From: Lingula anatina
Lineage: Eukaryota > Animalia > Brachiopoda
Reading direction: 5' to 3'
DNA: 64,000 nucleotides
Assembly: GCA_051362555.1 (NCBI GenBank)
Contig: CM120641.1
Location: forward strand, 47,312,401 to 47,376,400
Shown here: positions 14,001-26,078 of the stretch, one piece after another
Position numbering within the stretch: position 1 is the first letter of the stretch
Layout: every line of letters starts with the position of its first letter
Translations under genes and position numbers: made by a program
The notes under the pieces: model-generated
Told to the model about the DNA's origin: nothing
Seen by the model: only the letters and a program-made list of their open reading frames with translations
Databases searched by the model: none

Positions 14001-14645
14001 AACTAGTGAACATTTTTCCATTATTGTTGCTGTTTAACTTTTTTTTCAATTTTTCTTTCTTAACCTTGGTTATCAATCCATAAGTAATTAAGCTGGATAA
14101 AAATTATAAACAAAGGGAATCTTACAAACTGTTACACTTCACATGCAAACTGTATTATTTATTCTTTCAGGTTACCACCATACTAAGTGAGTCTTCTGTG
14201 TGGAAGGAATACAAGGATCAGAAACATGATCTGTTCATCTCAGACAACAAGGTGGCAGGATATCTAACAGGTAGGTGGAGGACACAGCCACACTGAACAT
14301 GCCCTGTATATTTGATAAAGTGTTGACACTCACTGATATTTTAAATGCATGATTATTTAAAATCTGTTTCTGAATTTGCAGTGTCTGTCACTAGATTATT
14401 ACCAGGCAGTCATTTTAAATGCATTAATTTATAATTATGTATTTATTTTATCAAACTGCTTGTCATGATAAAATAAATTAAAAATTTAAAATATATTATA
14501 ACATATTATAACATATTCAACTCAGTAATACATATTATTGATACTTTGTTATATTTTAGGACCTGGTGTTGCTGGCTACCTGACTGCTGGCACCTCCTCT
14601 AATATGCCCAGTGCCCCACCCCCAGTCTTCCCTCAGGACCATTAA
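358..14645 (+). CDS. DNAJC13: DnaJ homolog subfamily C member 13 (RME-8), 3' part; gene begins upstream of the window
   Basis: 17 AG/GT-bounded exons in continuous frame: 358-432, 900-1016, 1157-1336, 1881-2048, 3959-4072, 4454-4624, 4883-5003, 5246-5337, 10786-10885, 11162-11236, 11777-11977, 12302-12383, 12714-12930, 13186-13365, 13575-13856, 14171-14270, 14560-14645 (TAA). Translation has motifs I recognise from RME-8: [64 protein letters not shown]. Confidence 0.97.
2790..3050. mobile_element. Degenerate inverted-repeat (MITE-like) element in DNAJC13 intron
   Basis: AAAGTTGGTGTTAACTTA (~2820) pairs with TAAGTTAAGACCAACTTT (~2996); AAAGGATAAA pairs with TTTATCCTTT further in. Ends are uncertain. 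Confidence 0.5.
5021..5057. repeat. (TAA)n microsatellite
   Basis: Direct reading. Confidence 0.9.
5281..10463 (+). repeat. Minisatellite, 73 copies of a 71-bp unit (57 nt of DNAJC13 exon end + 14 nt of intron start)
   Basis: Unit CTGTTTGCTCTCCTCAGACTTCA(C/T)GGCTGTGGTACAGTACAACAGTTTGCTTTAGAG-GTAGGTATAACTAG; first copy at 5281, second at 5352; 5281+73x71=10464, where unique intron resumes (CTATAGG). Copy 1 is the real coding exon end. Confidence 0.98.
11535..11740. mobile_element. MITE-like element with ~55-bp imperfect terminal inverted repeats
   Basis: GGTTCAAACTAACTCCATGGGGACTCTTGCTGAGTGCAGTCAG pairs with CTGATTGCATTCAGCGAGAGCCTGGTGGAGTTAGTTCAAAC. Confidence 0.6.
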
Positions 14646-16199
14646 CCCTTAAGGACTAATAAAAGCTCTGAGATTAGCACCAAATATCAGCAATGCAGTG
14701 TTATACCAGGGATCACCAAGAATGAACTGCAGGCAAAGGAACGCTCGCCTGTTATAATTTCATGATAAGTTTTCTAGGAAATGAGAACATGGGCAGGAGG
14801 TTCTTGTCTTTCTAAAGGATGTTCACTGTAAAAGGAATGGAAAGGAATTTGATAATATGCTTTCCTCACCAGATGATTGATTTATATTTTTTTCTTTTTA
14901 TTACATGTAAAAACCAGATTCCTATATATTCCAGACAGCTATAAACCCCAGAGATCAGTGTTGTCTCTTTTAACACCAAATCAGAAGGAAAGTAGTGCAG
15001 TCATACTAGCAGGCCAAAATGTCATGAAAATATATGGATATTTAATTATGCACTGACAGACTTGTGTTTCAAGCTGTTCAATCTAAACAAGAGCTCCCCT
15101 CTCCCCTTCACAGCAAAAGACGGGTTAAATGGCTTGGCTCAGTGGTGTTTGAATATTACATTACAAGCTGCAGTGTAACATTTTACGTAAAATAAAAATG
15201 AAGGATCAAAGATGAGTGGAGGGGGTGTCTGCCATTATTAATGTAAACTGCCTGTAAGAGTGGCACATAGATCATAAATCCAAAGAGGATTAAAATATGT
15301 GAAGGACCTTGTAGGACCAGTGAATGTTTCATTAATGTTATAGAAGATAATAGACAAAAACAGATGGCAAGAATAAGATAATAATCGTACGGATGCTTCA
15401 AACAATAATACTTTTCTGATTTTTATATTTTGTCCACAAGTGTAGAAAATACTTTAAATTGAATGTTTTTTATTTTTATTTCTCGAGATAATTGGTGATG
15501 AATTTCTTTATTTACCAAGTTCAACTGCTAGTATTAAGTGCTCTGTTGACAAAAGATATAAAGCACGATTCAAACTGGGACAATAGTGATATCTGTATGG
15601 AAGTTACAACATCGCTATGTTTTATAAATGTAGTTTCAAAAATGTGCAACTACTTTGTATGTATTTATTAAATAAGAATAATGAAGGATAACAAATTAAT
15701 TTTAGATGGTGCACATAAAGAAAAGAACATTTTTTAAGTTGAAGCAAGATTTTATTGAAAATGCGCCTGCTTTAAATTGAATCCACATGGTGCTACTCGT
15801 AAGTGATAAGTAGATTGTGCGACATTGAAAAAAAAGCGACTGATCTGCATTTTAATATTGATTCTTTAATTCTGTACTGTGTTAGTTAATACATGCGCAT
15901 AATTTTGTCTTTATCTTTAATATAGTAAAAGGAAAGCTGTGTGGATTGATGGAAGATTAACGAGAAGTGTTACTTAGGCTTATCATAACGATCTATTTTT
16001 GAAAAAAGTCAGTTCCTGAACATTGTGAAAAATTGTACAGAGATTATGAAATCACTTGTTAATGTAAATATTGTAAGGATCAGTGGAATATCATGTTACC
16101 ATTAAATAAAATATCGAATTTATTAAGAAAACACAATTGTTATATTTGTCTTTTCATATTCACATTTCAATGGCGGATTTATGGGGGGGGGGGGGGGGG

Positions 16200-16596
16200 T
16201 TCAGCACTTTTGGTGATTTTAAGAGGCATAGCAAAAATAAAGATGTTAAAAATTTAGTGTTATTCACTTGCATGAGTTTAAAATTGCTTTTCCTTATTCT
16301 GACCATGTGGGTTAAAATCGTAGGTGGCTGCATCAATAACGTATCGATCTTCAAGGTAGCCGCACGGAAGGCTAACGGCAACAGTAACGAGACTGATAAA
16401 GGGCTCCGCACGATCACTTTTCAACCGAAAAACCAATTTTCGTCACGTGACTTCAGGTTCGTGTTGTAGGAGTGACACGGCACCCGCACGTAATGTAAAC
16501 GTAATCAACGTAGCCCGAAGCTACCTACGATGTCGAATAGAAAATTTTACGGAAATCATACACGATTTCATACACGGCAAGAATGTAATCTAGGCT
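16200..16596 (-). mobile_element. Partial copy of the non-autonomous DNA element at 27095-27905, opposite orientation
   Basis: Its reverse complement aligns by eye over ~400 bp with 27095-27610 (shared CGGGCTACG, TCGGTTGAA.AGTGATCG, CCTTGAAG.TCGA, TCATGCAAGTGAA) and it ends in the same terminus AATGTAATCTAGGCT. Confidence 0.75.
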
Positions 16597-17285
16597 TTAG
16601 GCAGCCTGTCGGGAAGAGAATGTGAACGCGACTTTAGATAGTTAACTCTTGTTTTAGTTTAATCAACTTGCTTCTATAAATGTTAAAACAAACAATTGTC
16701 CATTCATATTCAATATCAACATTAAATCAGAATCATGTTTGGAAAGTATTGATAGGGATACAAGGCGATCGAATTTTATTTTTGAAGTACTATTGTTTCA
16801 CTTAATCAAGTTTTCTTTTCATGTAATTAATAACAGTTAGTTGATCAAACAAATTAGATGTCAATTACATCATACATCCTGGTGAGGCCCCTATTAATTA
16901 CATTATATTAAGATCAATCGATACACACATATATATAAGTAGCAAACAACGATATCCCATTTTGAATACAGAGAGCAAATATTTCTGAACTCTAACAATA
17001 ATATAAACAATTTTACTTTTGACTAGATTTTTACCCGTATTTCATTCATGATTGTATGTCTTAACATTAGAGAAATATCATTTACAAGATTAGTTTGGCG
17101 TCAGCATTCAAAATAGACCACATTTGCGTCAAAGATCATTTGTTTTCGACAAATTTAAATATGTCATAAATCTTAATGTTATAGAATAGATACCAATATA
17201 ATAAAACCTGGTTACGATACTGAAGATACGCTAGACATCTTACGCTAACAGGACTAAGTTACTAGTACAACTGTTTTCACACCGG

Positions 17286-18188
17286 TCACTGTTTCTTCGA
17301 TAGTTCTCTGGTCTCCGATGTAAACTCTATTTTAGAATGAGTGGACCCCGAGTTATAGCTGAGTCTGCTGCTGTTAGACCTCTGATGTCTCGCCATGCTC
17401 GGCATCATGACTTTTATCTGTGGCTCGGTGATACTCCTCTGTGGGGCCCAGTTTGCGGGTATTTTACCATGTCTGGAGACACCTCCCCGCGTGGTTTGAG
17501 TCTGGAACTGAATAGCTTTGAGTGTAAGATCCTCCTGTACCGGCAGCGTTTCAAGGGAGGTAGCCAGTTTCCCAAAGCGTTCGTCCTGCGCTGGCACCCC
17601 ACGCACTAGGTAATCCTTTCCGCGATATTTCTCGTATCGCTCCATCGTCTTTGGATCGAGGTCGACCACCGTGGGGAATTTTGTGACAACAGTTTTATCG
17701 CGGTACAGCACTATCTCCGTGCGTTCCCTAGGGAGCTGAACCCTGGGGCTGAGGGGGACGTGGATTTTGCTGTGGTCACTGGTGGAGGAGTACCGGGGGT
17801 TATGGTATACTGTCTCCATCCCGCGCGGGCGTTCCTTGGCTTCACTGTACGTGTACGTGGGTAAATTCATTGACGCCACACGCACGTTGTCCTCCCTCCT
17901 CCATTTATTTTGTTTTCTCTTCTGCCTGTTCAGAAACGTGCGAATGTTTTGTTCGTGAAAGAATCTGTTTCGTTTCTGAGTGCTGGACAGGTGGGAGACG
18001 GTCATGTCCAGACGCCTGTCCTGGCCAGCGTTATCGGACAATATCGCCCTGTGGATCTTGGTCTTGGGCAGGGCATGACGGACGCTGAGATAGTGCTGGA
18101 TTCGTAAGGAACGCGGGCTGTTCATGTCCTTGTCCGTGCTGATGGCCAGGGCCCCCGTGAACTGTTCTCCTTCATTCGTAGGCTCCAT
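17286..18188 (-). CDS. Uncharacterised intronless basic protein, 300 aa
   Basis: 903-bp open frame, more GC-rich than its flanks and not repetitive. The ORF track starts at TTG 18197; the first ATG is at 18188 (MEPTNEGEQF...). No signal peptide, membrane helix or domain that I recognise. Confidence 0.75.
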   Translation of the reverse strand: MEPTNEGEQFTGALAISTDKDMNSPRSLRIQHYLSVRHALPKTKIHRAILSDNAGQDRRLDMTVSHLSSTQKRNRFFHEQNIRTFLNRQKRKQNKWRREDNVRVASMNLPTYTYSEAKERPRGMETVYHNPRYSSTSDHSKIHVPLSPRVQLPRERTEIVLYRDKTVVTKFPTVVDLDPKTMERYEKYRGKDYLVRGVPAQDERFGKLATSLETLPVQEDLTLKAIQFQTQTTRGGVSRHGKIPANWAPQRSITEPQIKVMMPSMARHQRSNSSRLSYNSGSTHSKIEFTSETRELSKKQ

Positions 18189-19322
18189 GATACACAATTT
18201 ATCCTCACCGTCGTCTTTTTCTTACCCAGAACACTGACGGGTTCATTCTACAGAGTCCCGTCCGTCCCTCTCCTACATAAATAGTGTACAGTTTTGACTA
18301 CTTGGTAACCTGTTGAGACGCACTGCTGAACATTAAACCGCGTTATGTGGAACAGAATGTCACCCTAAACCTTCCAATTCACCGCGAAGGGCATAGTTAC
18401 ACGTATAAAGTATTGGGTGACTATTAGTATGTAAAAAGCCCGTGTCTATCTCGAGTTCTCCTCATTAAGGGTGACGCAGGAGGCCGCAGTAGCTAAGTGA
18501 TACCTAACCAGAATGCACTGCACTCCCACGGTATTTACACTTCAATAACTTTCTGCCGAACAACATCTGAGTCAATTAAACAATCACCGCCATTTCAATG
18601 GACCATAGTTCAATTCTACAAGATATGTTAGCCCCACTTTTCTTTTGTAAGATTATGATTATGAGTATTATTTATAAACAGTGGGTATTCTCCCCTTGGT
18701 AAACAGTATTACGTGCAGGGCTAAAGCAAGGTTAATGTGGCAATAGGCAGTGTTTCTTTGTGAAGACGGGTTGCCCATAAATATCTCACCCGGCGTTCAC
18801 AATATTGAGAAAGGAAGGTCATTCTATTCACGAGAAAGCAAATGTCGTGCAGCAAACAAAATGTCCCCTTCCTTCGGGTTAGGTGGAGGATTGGTTTTCT
18901 TATTTTGATATTTTTTTTCATTCTGCTTTGCAAGAGGTCGAAGGCGCACTCGTTGTTGACGTTTTTGTTAGGACGAACATCTGTTCTTGTTTATGATTTT
19001 TTTTCTGCGTCAAATATGCGAATAATCGTGATTTCCGCCACGTATAACACCATTTGATTTAACAATATGAAGGATTAGCATGCCTAAATACTTGCATATG
19101 CTTTCCTTAATAAACACTAAAAATGGTAAAAAAAGTATCCAAAACAGACGTTAAAATGATAGAGTAAGTCAACCCAAGGTAGCTGAGGTAATTTATTTTT
19201 TAGTTAAAACGTATTTTTTAACATCAACATACGATCATGAATTTTTATTAATACGAAACTTGATATCTTCAAGTTCTGTTGAAGGTCTGCATTAAATGAT
19301 CATCACAGTTCTTTTCTATCAA

Positions 19323-19366
<44 letters not shown>

Positions 19367-19443
19367 AATCAAATCAAATCAAATGTTTAGATTAAATAAT
19401 AGTGGTTCTTTGCTATGACGATTATTTTGGACGTGTTCACAGT

Positions 19444-20922
19444 TTATTGCTGCCCTGATCTGGGCGCTATCCATGCCATGCTGTTTAACTCCAAAACATG
19501 CTCCTTTGCCCTCTGTCTCAGCTCCCCCAAACTGGAGGTACAGTCCTTCAAGTGATAGTTTATGGTAGCGGCTGAAGGGGGCAGCACTGGAGGTAAGACA
19601 GACAGAAACGGCGACCGCTCCTGTCTTTCTTCTTCCGACCTAAATGACACTTTGCCTTCGGAATCAATCTTCTTCAGCTTTTGAAATTTTCTCCATTTGG
19701 CGCGTCTGTTTTGAAACCACACCTGAGTATATAAAAATTAGGTACAAAGAAATAAATCACTTCTAAAAGAGAGCATTTGTGTCGTTAAAGAATTGTTATC
19801 GTTAGCTATCACTTCGTTTGCTCACTCCTTTCAATGCAAAGTCTTTATTGATCTTTATTTTAATCCATTGGTAGGAATATAGCCGAAATATATTTCACAT
19901 AGCGACGTAAAAAGCCCTCGGCGATGGATCAGATTGTTGAAATTATAATGCAAATCAATTTATTAAAAGTAAAATGTTTATCAAATGATATGATTCATAT
20001 TTTTCTTCTAACATGAATTATTTCCATGGACACATTTTAATCACTTTATGAATACATATAACTTTGCCACATTAAATTTTCACTTTAAAGATGAGCCTCG
20101 TTAATTCATTAGCACCTGTATTCTTGATTCCGCCAAATGCAGCCTGACAGCCAGCGTCTCTCGCATGAAGATATCAGGATAGTGTGTGGCCTGAAAAGTG
20201 CGCTCCAGCTCGCGCAGCTGATACGGCGTGAAGTTGGTGCGGACCCGAAGGCGCCGGGTACACGGTCTTTCTGGCACGTGCATTCTGGTGCCTACAGTTA
20301 AACAAAAACGTATAAAAAGTGTTTTCCTTATTACATAGTAACCGAGGAAGAATGTTCTGTGAAACGGATTTTGTATTCAGATTTGTATTTGTCTTTTAAT
20401 TTTGGTCGTAGACGAAATCCACAATCTTCTCTCATTATTGTACGCTACAGGAATTGATTTTGTGTTTCAACATTAAAAGTCGTATTATCTATCACAAAAA
20501 TTTCTACTTTCAATAAAGGGTGATTACTCCTATATAGTTATGCTATATCTGTTAATGAGGGTTTTTACAGTATTTTAAAGTGAAAAAATTAAAATTCGAT
20601 TTTGAGCAAAAATTCATTGGAAAAATGGTTGTGATGAGACATTGTTGTAGAAAATCCACATACCTTCCACATTATCTTGTACACTCGTTATCTCACAAAG
20701 CTCTTCTCCTCTTCCATTAGATGTCTGCTGGTATACTGTTACGTCAGGGCTCCCCCCTCTCTGTATATTATCATCATGTGTCCTTCTCCATTCATGCGCC
20801 TCTCTCTCTTCACTTATATTGCTTTCTTCAGCTGACGATGTTTCATTATAAATTCTGCGACTCGGTCCAGTTCCCAAAATTCTATCTATTCCAAAATTCA
20901 GTTTCAAGGATGTGTTTGCCAT
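19444..20922 (-). CDS. PRD-class (paired-like, Q50) homeobox protein with eh1 and OAR motifs, 237 aa
   Basis: Exons 20922-20664, 20291-20116, 19722-19444. Homeodomain [58 protein letters not shown] with the PRD-typical intron between Q46 and V47; N-terminal FGIDRILG (eh1); C-terminal [13 protein letters not shown] (OAR-like). Family not assignable by eye. Confidence 0.93.
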
Positions 20923-21774
20923 AACTTTTTAAACGCTTTAAAATACTTTCTTCTTTTTTACTGTACGTCCAATGTTCCTGGGAATGGATGCTTTTTGCTG
21001 TTTAACTTTGTGAGTCTCGTTTAATGTACAGAGCCGTCGCTGGGGTTATTAATAAAATAGCGCTAATATGGCTAATCCAATCAAGCAATTTCCTGAATAA
21101 TTAACACGTTTGAAACTAATGACTCTTGATTTGAATGATCTGATAAAAAAAAGCTGTATTCAGGTGGTATGTGCTACCTGGGATGAAAACAAGCCCAAAG
21201 AGTCGTAGATCAATCATTTTTTATCATTTAGACGGTGAAATAGTACACATCCAGCAAATAGTATGTCTACATCATTTTGCAGTAGTTAAAAGCAAGGTCT
21301 ATATTTAAAGTTAATGAAATGCATTGGGAGGTAATTGTACAAATTTCAGCCAAATATGTCTGGACTGAATCTAAAACTTCTGAATAATTGAACGTTACCG
21401 TGGACGTTTTATTTGCAAAATGGATTGATCTCGCGCCTTGTGTACCGTTGTCAGGAAGTGTGGGAAAGAAATCGTCTGCGCATTCTAAAGTGCCTGGGTT
21501 TTTCGTTCCAACACAATTTGTAGACCCCAGTGCGGCCTGCTTTCAGTCCAAATTTGTAATTAGTATTGGTATTTTCTTTTTGCCTTTTTAATGTCTCAGG
21601 ATATTAACGAAAGCATAAAAGTGCAAGGCGGCTTAATGTTCTTTTTATTATTGTGTTTACTGGTGCATTCTATACATATATTAGTAAATACGCCCTACTG
21701 TCCAATAACGTAAATTTCAATCTTCAAGATAGAATTGTTTATATTGAGTAGATATCCATGCTGTGACATCGGCA

Positions 21775-23106
21775 TTAAGAGTACATATGGCTAAAAGACA
21801 AAAGTGAGCATAAAATTGTCACAAATATAATTTTAATATTTGTAACTTCATTCTTCGCGCCGATATCATGAGCTACTGCGTCGTGGTTGCAGTCGTTTGT
21901 ATTGCAGCATGTCTTCAGGCACTGTTGTCCGGCGTAAGTCTTCCGACACGTGCCGACCCTGGCCTCCGCGCAACCGCCACCGTTCACGTGCAGCGTGCCA
22001 CGCCCACACTGGCGGGCCACGTATGTGACGTCAGAGCTGTTGGTGTAGAATAACGTCTGCAAGATATAAAAAGTTGAAAAAAGATTCCTGATTAAACAGT
22101 ATTCAGCAATGAGCAAGTGTGTATGTGTTGGAGGAGAGAGGGGTGGGTGGTTACGATTAAAAAAATGAATTAGCTACGGGGTATTCCCCTTAGTCTTGTT
22201 GTATCCCGCGTTTGTGACGTGTTTCAGAAAAATTAAGAAGCAAGCCCTTTCTTCCCGTTTACGTCTCTTAAGTCCGTGAACTTCCAACCTACCCAACAGT
22301 CTTGTCTTGTGCACGGCGCGCCCTCTCCAGTCTGCCGTGCTTTACACCGTTCAAAATGATCACTTCCCTTCCTAGCCTCACAGACATGACATCTTAACTG
22401 GATAAAGCAATACCACAGTATGTGCAGAAACATAAATTATTGTATTTGACCTTTGCAGGGAAATAGAGAACTACACTGATTCTAATAAGTACATAATATA
22501 AAACATATAGCTTATATATTTTGTAGCAGTATATATTCTGTAGAAGTAAAATTAATGGTGATGAATTTTCTAAATATATTTAATTGAGTTTCTCTAGATT
22601 AAAATAAAAAACTACAAATCACCTGTACCAGAGCCGACGTATGCTCGCCTAAGGCCGAGGCATTGAAAACAAGAACTGTAAAACGAAGATTTATCAATAA
22701 TGAACGCAGAGCATTTAATGAAAGATTCTGGTTTTCCCTTAAATGACGAAAGTTTATAGGTATGCTCAGTACACAAAAGCGGATTCTAAAAACCAGTTAT
22801 TGAACGTCTCAAATTTACAAATTCCATTTGAATTTGACGATATGGAGTTTTGTCGAAGAAGAGGTATTTTGATTTGAATTTTTTTTTATTGCTTTCTTTT
22901 TGCCTAGAAGGTCTAAAAAGCAAACATATGTTCGCTGACGCTGCTGACCTTATAATTAAGTTTACACAATACGCAGACTGACTAAGTTTTGCCATACCTT
23001 GATGGCCTTTAAACTGAGGCAATAGGTGCTGAAGCCTCAAACACTGCACCAGGACAATGTTTAATGTCACCAGCAGCGTCCAGAGTGCTGTATATGGAGG
23101 CGACAT
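21775..23106 (-). CDS. Ly6/uPAR-type three-finger protein, predicted GPI-anchored, 182 aa (cluster gene A)
   Basis: Exons 23106-22998, 22675-22623, 22397-22293, 22056-21775 join in frame: signal peptide MSPPYTALWTLLVTLNIVLVQC, domain LRCHVC...CCNTNDCN with 12 Cys, hydrophobic tail IIFVTILCSLLSFS. Probable 5' UTR exon ending at 23673 (GTAAGC donor). Confidence 0.85.
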
Positions 23107-24413
23107 CAGACTTCAGCCATCTACTGCCTCCGTGTTAGCTGGAATGAAAATACCTTGGAATACCTATCCACATTTATGCTATCAGATTTTGGTTCTATAG
23201 TTGTATTCACATGAATGCTCGGACATATGATATAAGGCGCAATTTTTTCCACATTTCATTCCTGGCATTTTTAAATTCGCAGAAAACGGAGACATTTAGA
23301 ATTTGAGGTGCCCGTATGTTATAACATGGAATTCTTTAATCAAGCCTTCTCCCCCTGTCGCAAACTAAGATACCCTCCTCTTATCCTCCGTAATTTAGGC
23401 ACTAACACATGTACACTGTTGTATGTCTTAGCTTCAATTTATATAGCGATACCTACGTAATGTATTGTATGTGTAGAGGAGTATAAATTCAACCTTTTGC
23501 CTGATGGTTCACAATAGACGCACAAAAACCGCCCATTTACCAAACTAAACAGGTCACATATGGAGTTGTTTTTGTCTACATACTTCATATTTAGGAGGAC
23601 AGTATTTAATTTCGCATTTTTATACTGAGAATTTCATAAAATTAAAGGAAAGCTGAAAACGCACAAGCTTACCTTCCGTTGCCCAGCTCAACACATTAGA
23701 TCTTTCATCCATATAGTTCAGTAGAGGCCGAGCCAGGTGATATGTTATTTGGACTTCTAATTAATGTCGATTTGATATAGTAAGTTTGAGATAACATTAT
23801 AACTTGCGGATACGGTTCTTTCAGACTGTATCAGCATCGTTTGTGCTATATTGTGAAAAGAATTTGGTTAATCAGCAAATGTCAGCCGGCCTCTCAAAAT
23901 AAGAAGTAAAGGCCGAGGCACTAGTGCGCGTATTTAAACATACCGGGTATGTAGGACATATATGCGTCTTACTCTCGCACCCTACTCTCCTGTTTATAAC
24001 GCGTTTCTTAACGTGCATTAATATCGAATAACATTATAAATGTTAAACTAATAATACTTAAATCTGCCTTATGTATATAGGTGAAAATAAAAGGATAAGA
24101 AGACATTATATAACTAGTAAGTATTATTTATGTTATGCAACTCATCCGTCAACGAATTCATAGTCACACAAGAAGGTGCTCGATTATATGATATACATAT
24201 ATACAAAAACACAGTTTTAGCAATATTAAACAGCATTTTGCAAGGAATACAAAGCGACATCGTGGAAATATTTCCAACAAAAATCACTTACTTCGATCTA
24301 AATATCTCAGTAAATCAAGTACATCATACGATGGATGTCTTTAATGTAAACAGGTATGCTCATATAATTATATATATACATGAAATTAGCAAGAGTGAAT
24401 TTTCATACACTGC

Positions 24414-24577
24414 TGTGGCAGGAATGGTAGTCCATTAGGAACCGTAGTCCGTTCCCCTTTACTTTGTACATGTGACCTTCATCCCATATACTAACCCCAA
24501 TACTACGACTACCCCTAACCTGTACTCATCAAATGGGACTCCGTGCTTCAATTCCTAATACTACCATTCCTGTCACA
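24414..24577. mobile_element. Short MITE-like element
   Basis: TGTGGCAGGAATGGTAGT pairs with ACTACCATTCCTGTCACA (17 of 18); degenerate CTAACC motifs inside. Confidence 0.65.
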
Positions 24578-24974
24578 ACAGGACAAAGAATCTATTTCCA
24601 AATACCCCCTCCCATCCCAGCATGATTTATAGTCGCATTCAAATGCTACATTCCGCTGATATAATTCTGCGTGGTGCAATGTCAATTGCAAGTATGTCAA
24701 ATAAATAATACAAATAGAATTCACACTAAAAAGCAAAGGAATCTAATATATCAAAAAGAGAAGAGACAAATTGAAATACGCAAATCTTAGAAAATGGAGT
24801 GAATAATTCACAGTTTACACCCAAGCATTTCTGTGCCGTTTTCAAACTTTTTTCCTGAAAGACCTGCCTCTCAATGACAAGTTAAAACTTTCAAATGCAT
24901 GGATTAGATCAAGAATGTATCATTGTTCTAAACAGTACCCAGTGGCACCGCTCGCCCTCTATAATACCAAACGT

Positions 24975-24977
<3 letters not shown>

Positions 24978-25022
<45 letters not shown>
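24978..25022. repeat. (TG)n microsatellite
   Basis: Direct reading. Confidence 0.9.
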
Positions 25023-25024
<2 letters not shown>

Positions 25025-25284
25025 AGGGGGGGGGGTTCGCATTCGCGAATTCCTTCAAATAATCCTGGACCCGCCCCTGATGTACATTCTTGATTAGACC
25101 AACAGTGATGTAAAAAAAATCACTCGTAATTATTAGCCTCAATACCACATATCATACGTTGTTACATTTTTACATCAAAAATGTTGAATTCGAGTTCGAC
25201 CAAATAAAATCTTTTTTTGTTTTTAAAATGTTTTTACATATTGTTTTTTGTACACATATACCGTTCATCAGTCACCGTACAACA

Positions 25285-26034
25285 CTATATCAGGATTTTC
25301 CCCAGCAACACTATGCTAAGGAATCCGATGAGGTGTAAGGACAGTGAGCAAGATGCGCTCATAGCTGCCCTTTTAGAATTGCATTCGTCAACGAGTTCGC
25401 TGTCTTCGTTGCATTTGCTTTCCTTGCAGCAGCATTGGCAGCTTTCTGCGGTATACTGACATTCGTTTTTCTCACAGGTCATTTTGCTGTTAATGTAGGA
25501 CTTACAGCCCACCGTTATCCGTTTAGGCGATTTGTCTCCAGTGGTGTAGTTCACAAACAACTGAAACATAATTAAGACAATTAATTAAGCTTCTGATAGC
25601 CGATGTGGGCAATAAACATTTCACTGAATTACTGATGTGACGGTGTATACCTTTTCTTTTATAGTGCAGCAGTGGCCAATGTATGCATGTTGAATGGTCT
25701 ATTTTAGCAGCAGTACAATGCTCAGTTCGAAACACGTAGGAAGTTTGGTCTAACATGCAAGTCAAATGAGGTATGGACGATTCAAGACAAAAATACCAAG
25801 TAACCTAATAAAGGTATTACAATTACGTACCCAACAGATATCCGACGAGCACGTGTCGGTGATATTATGCAATTCTTCTGATTTTGTTGTGGTGCCCTGA
25901 GTGCAAGTAAACTGAAAGTTGAAATTAATAACAAATGTCAGCAAGAGTATGTCCAGTAATTCGTGATATTTTCTTTAGCATTTGTCATACAGATGATTAT
26001 GTGATGGCGGTGAACACGTGAAGAAGAAGAAGAA

Positions 26035-26078
<44 letters not shown>

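Noticed and set aside
21040-21125. TAAT cluster upstream of the homeobox gene (TAATCCAATCA) as an autoregulatory P3 site
   Set aside because: Imperfect match in AT-rich DNA; needs cross-species conservation.
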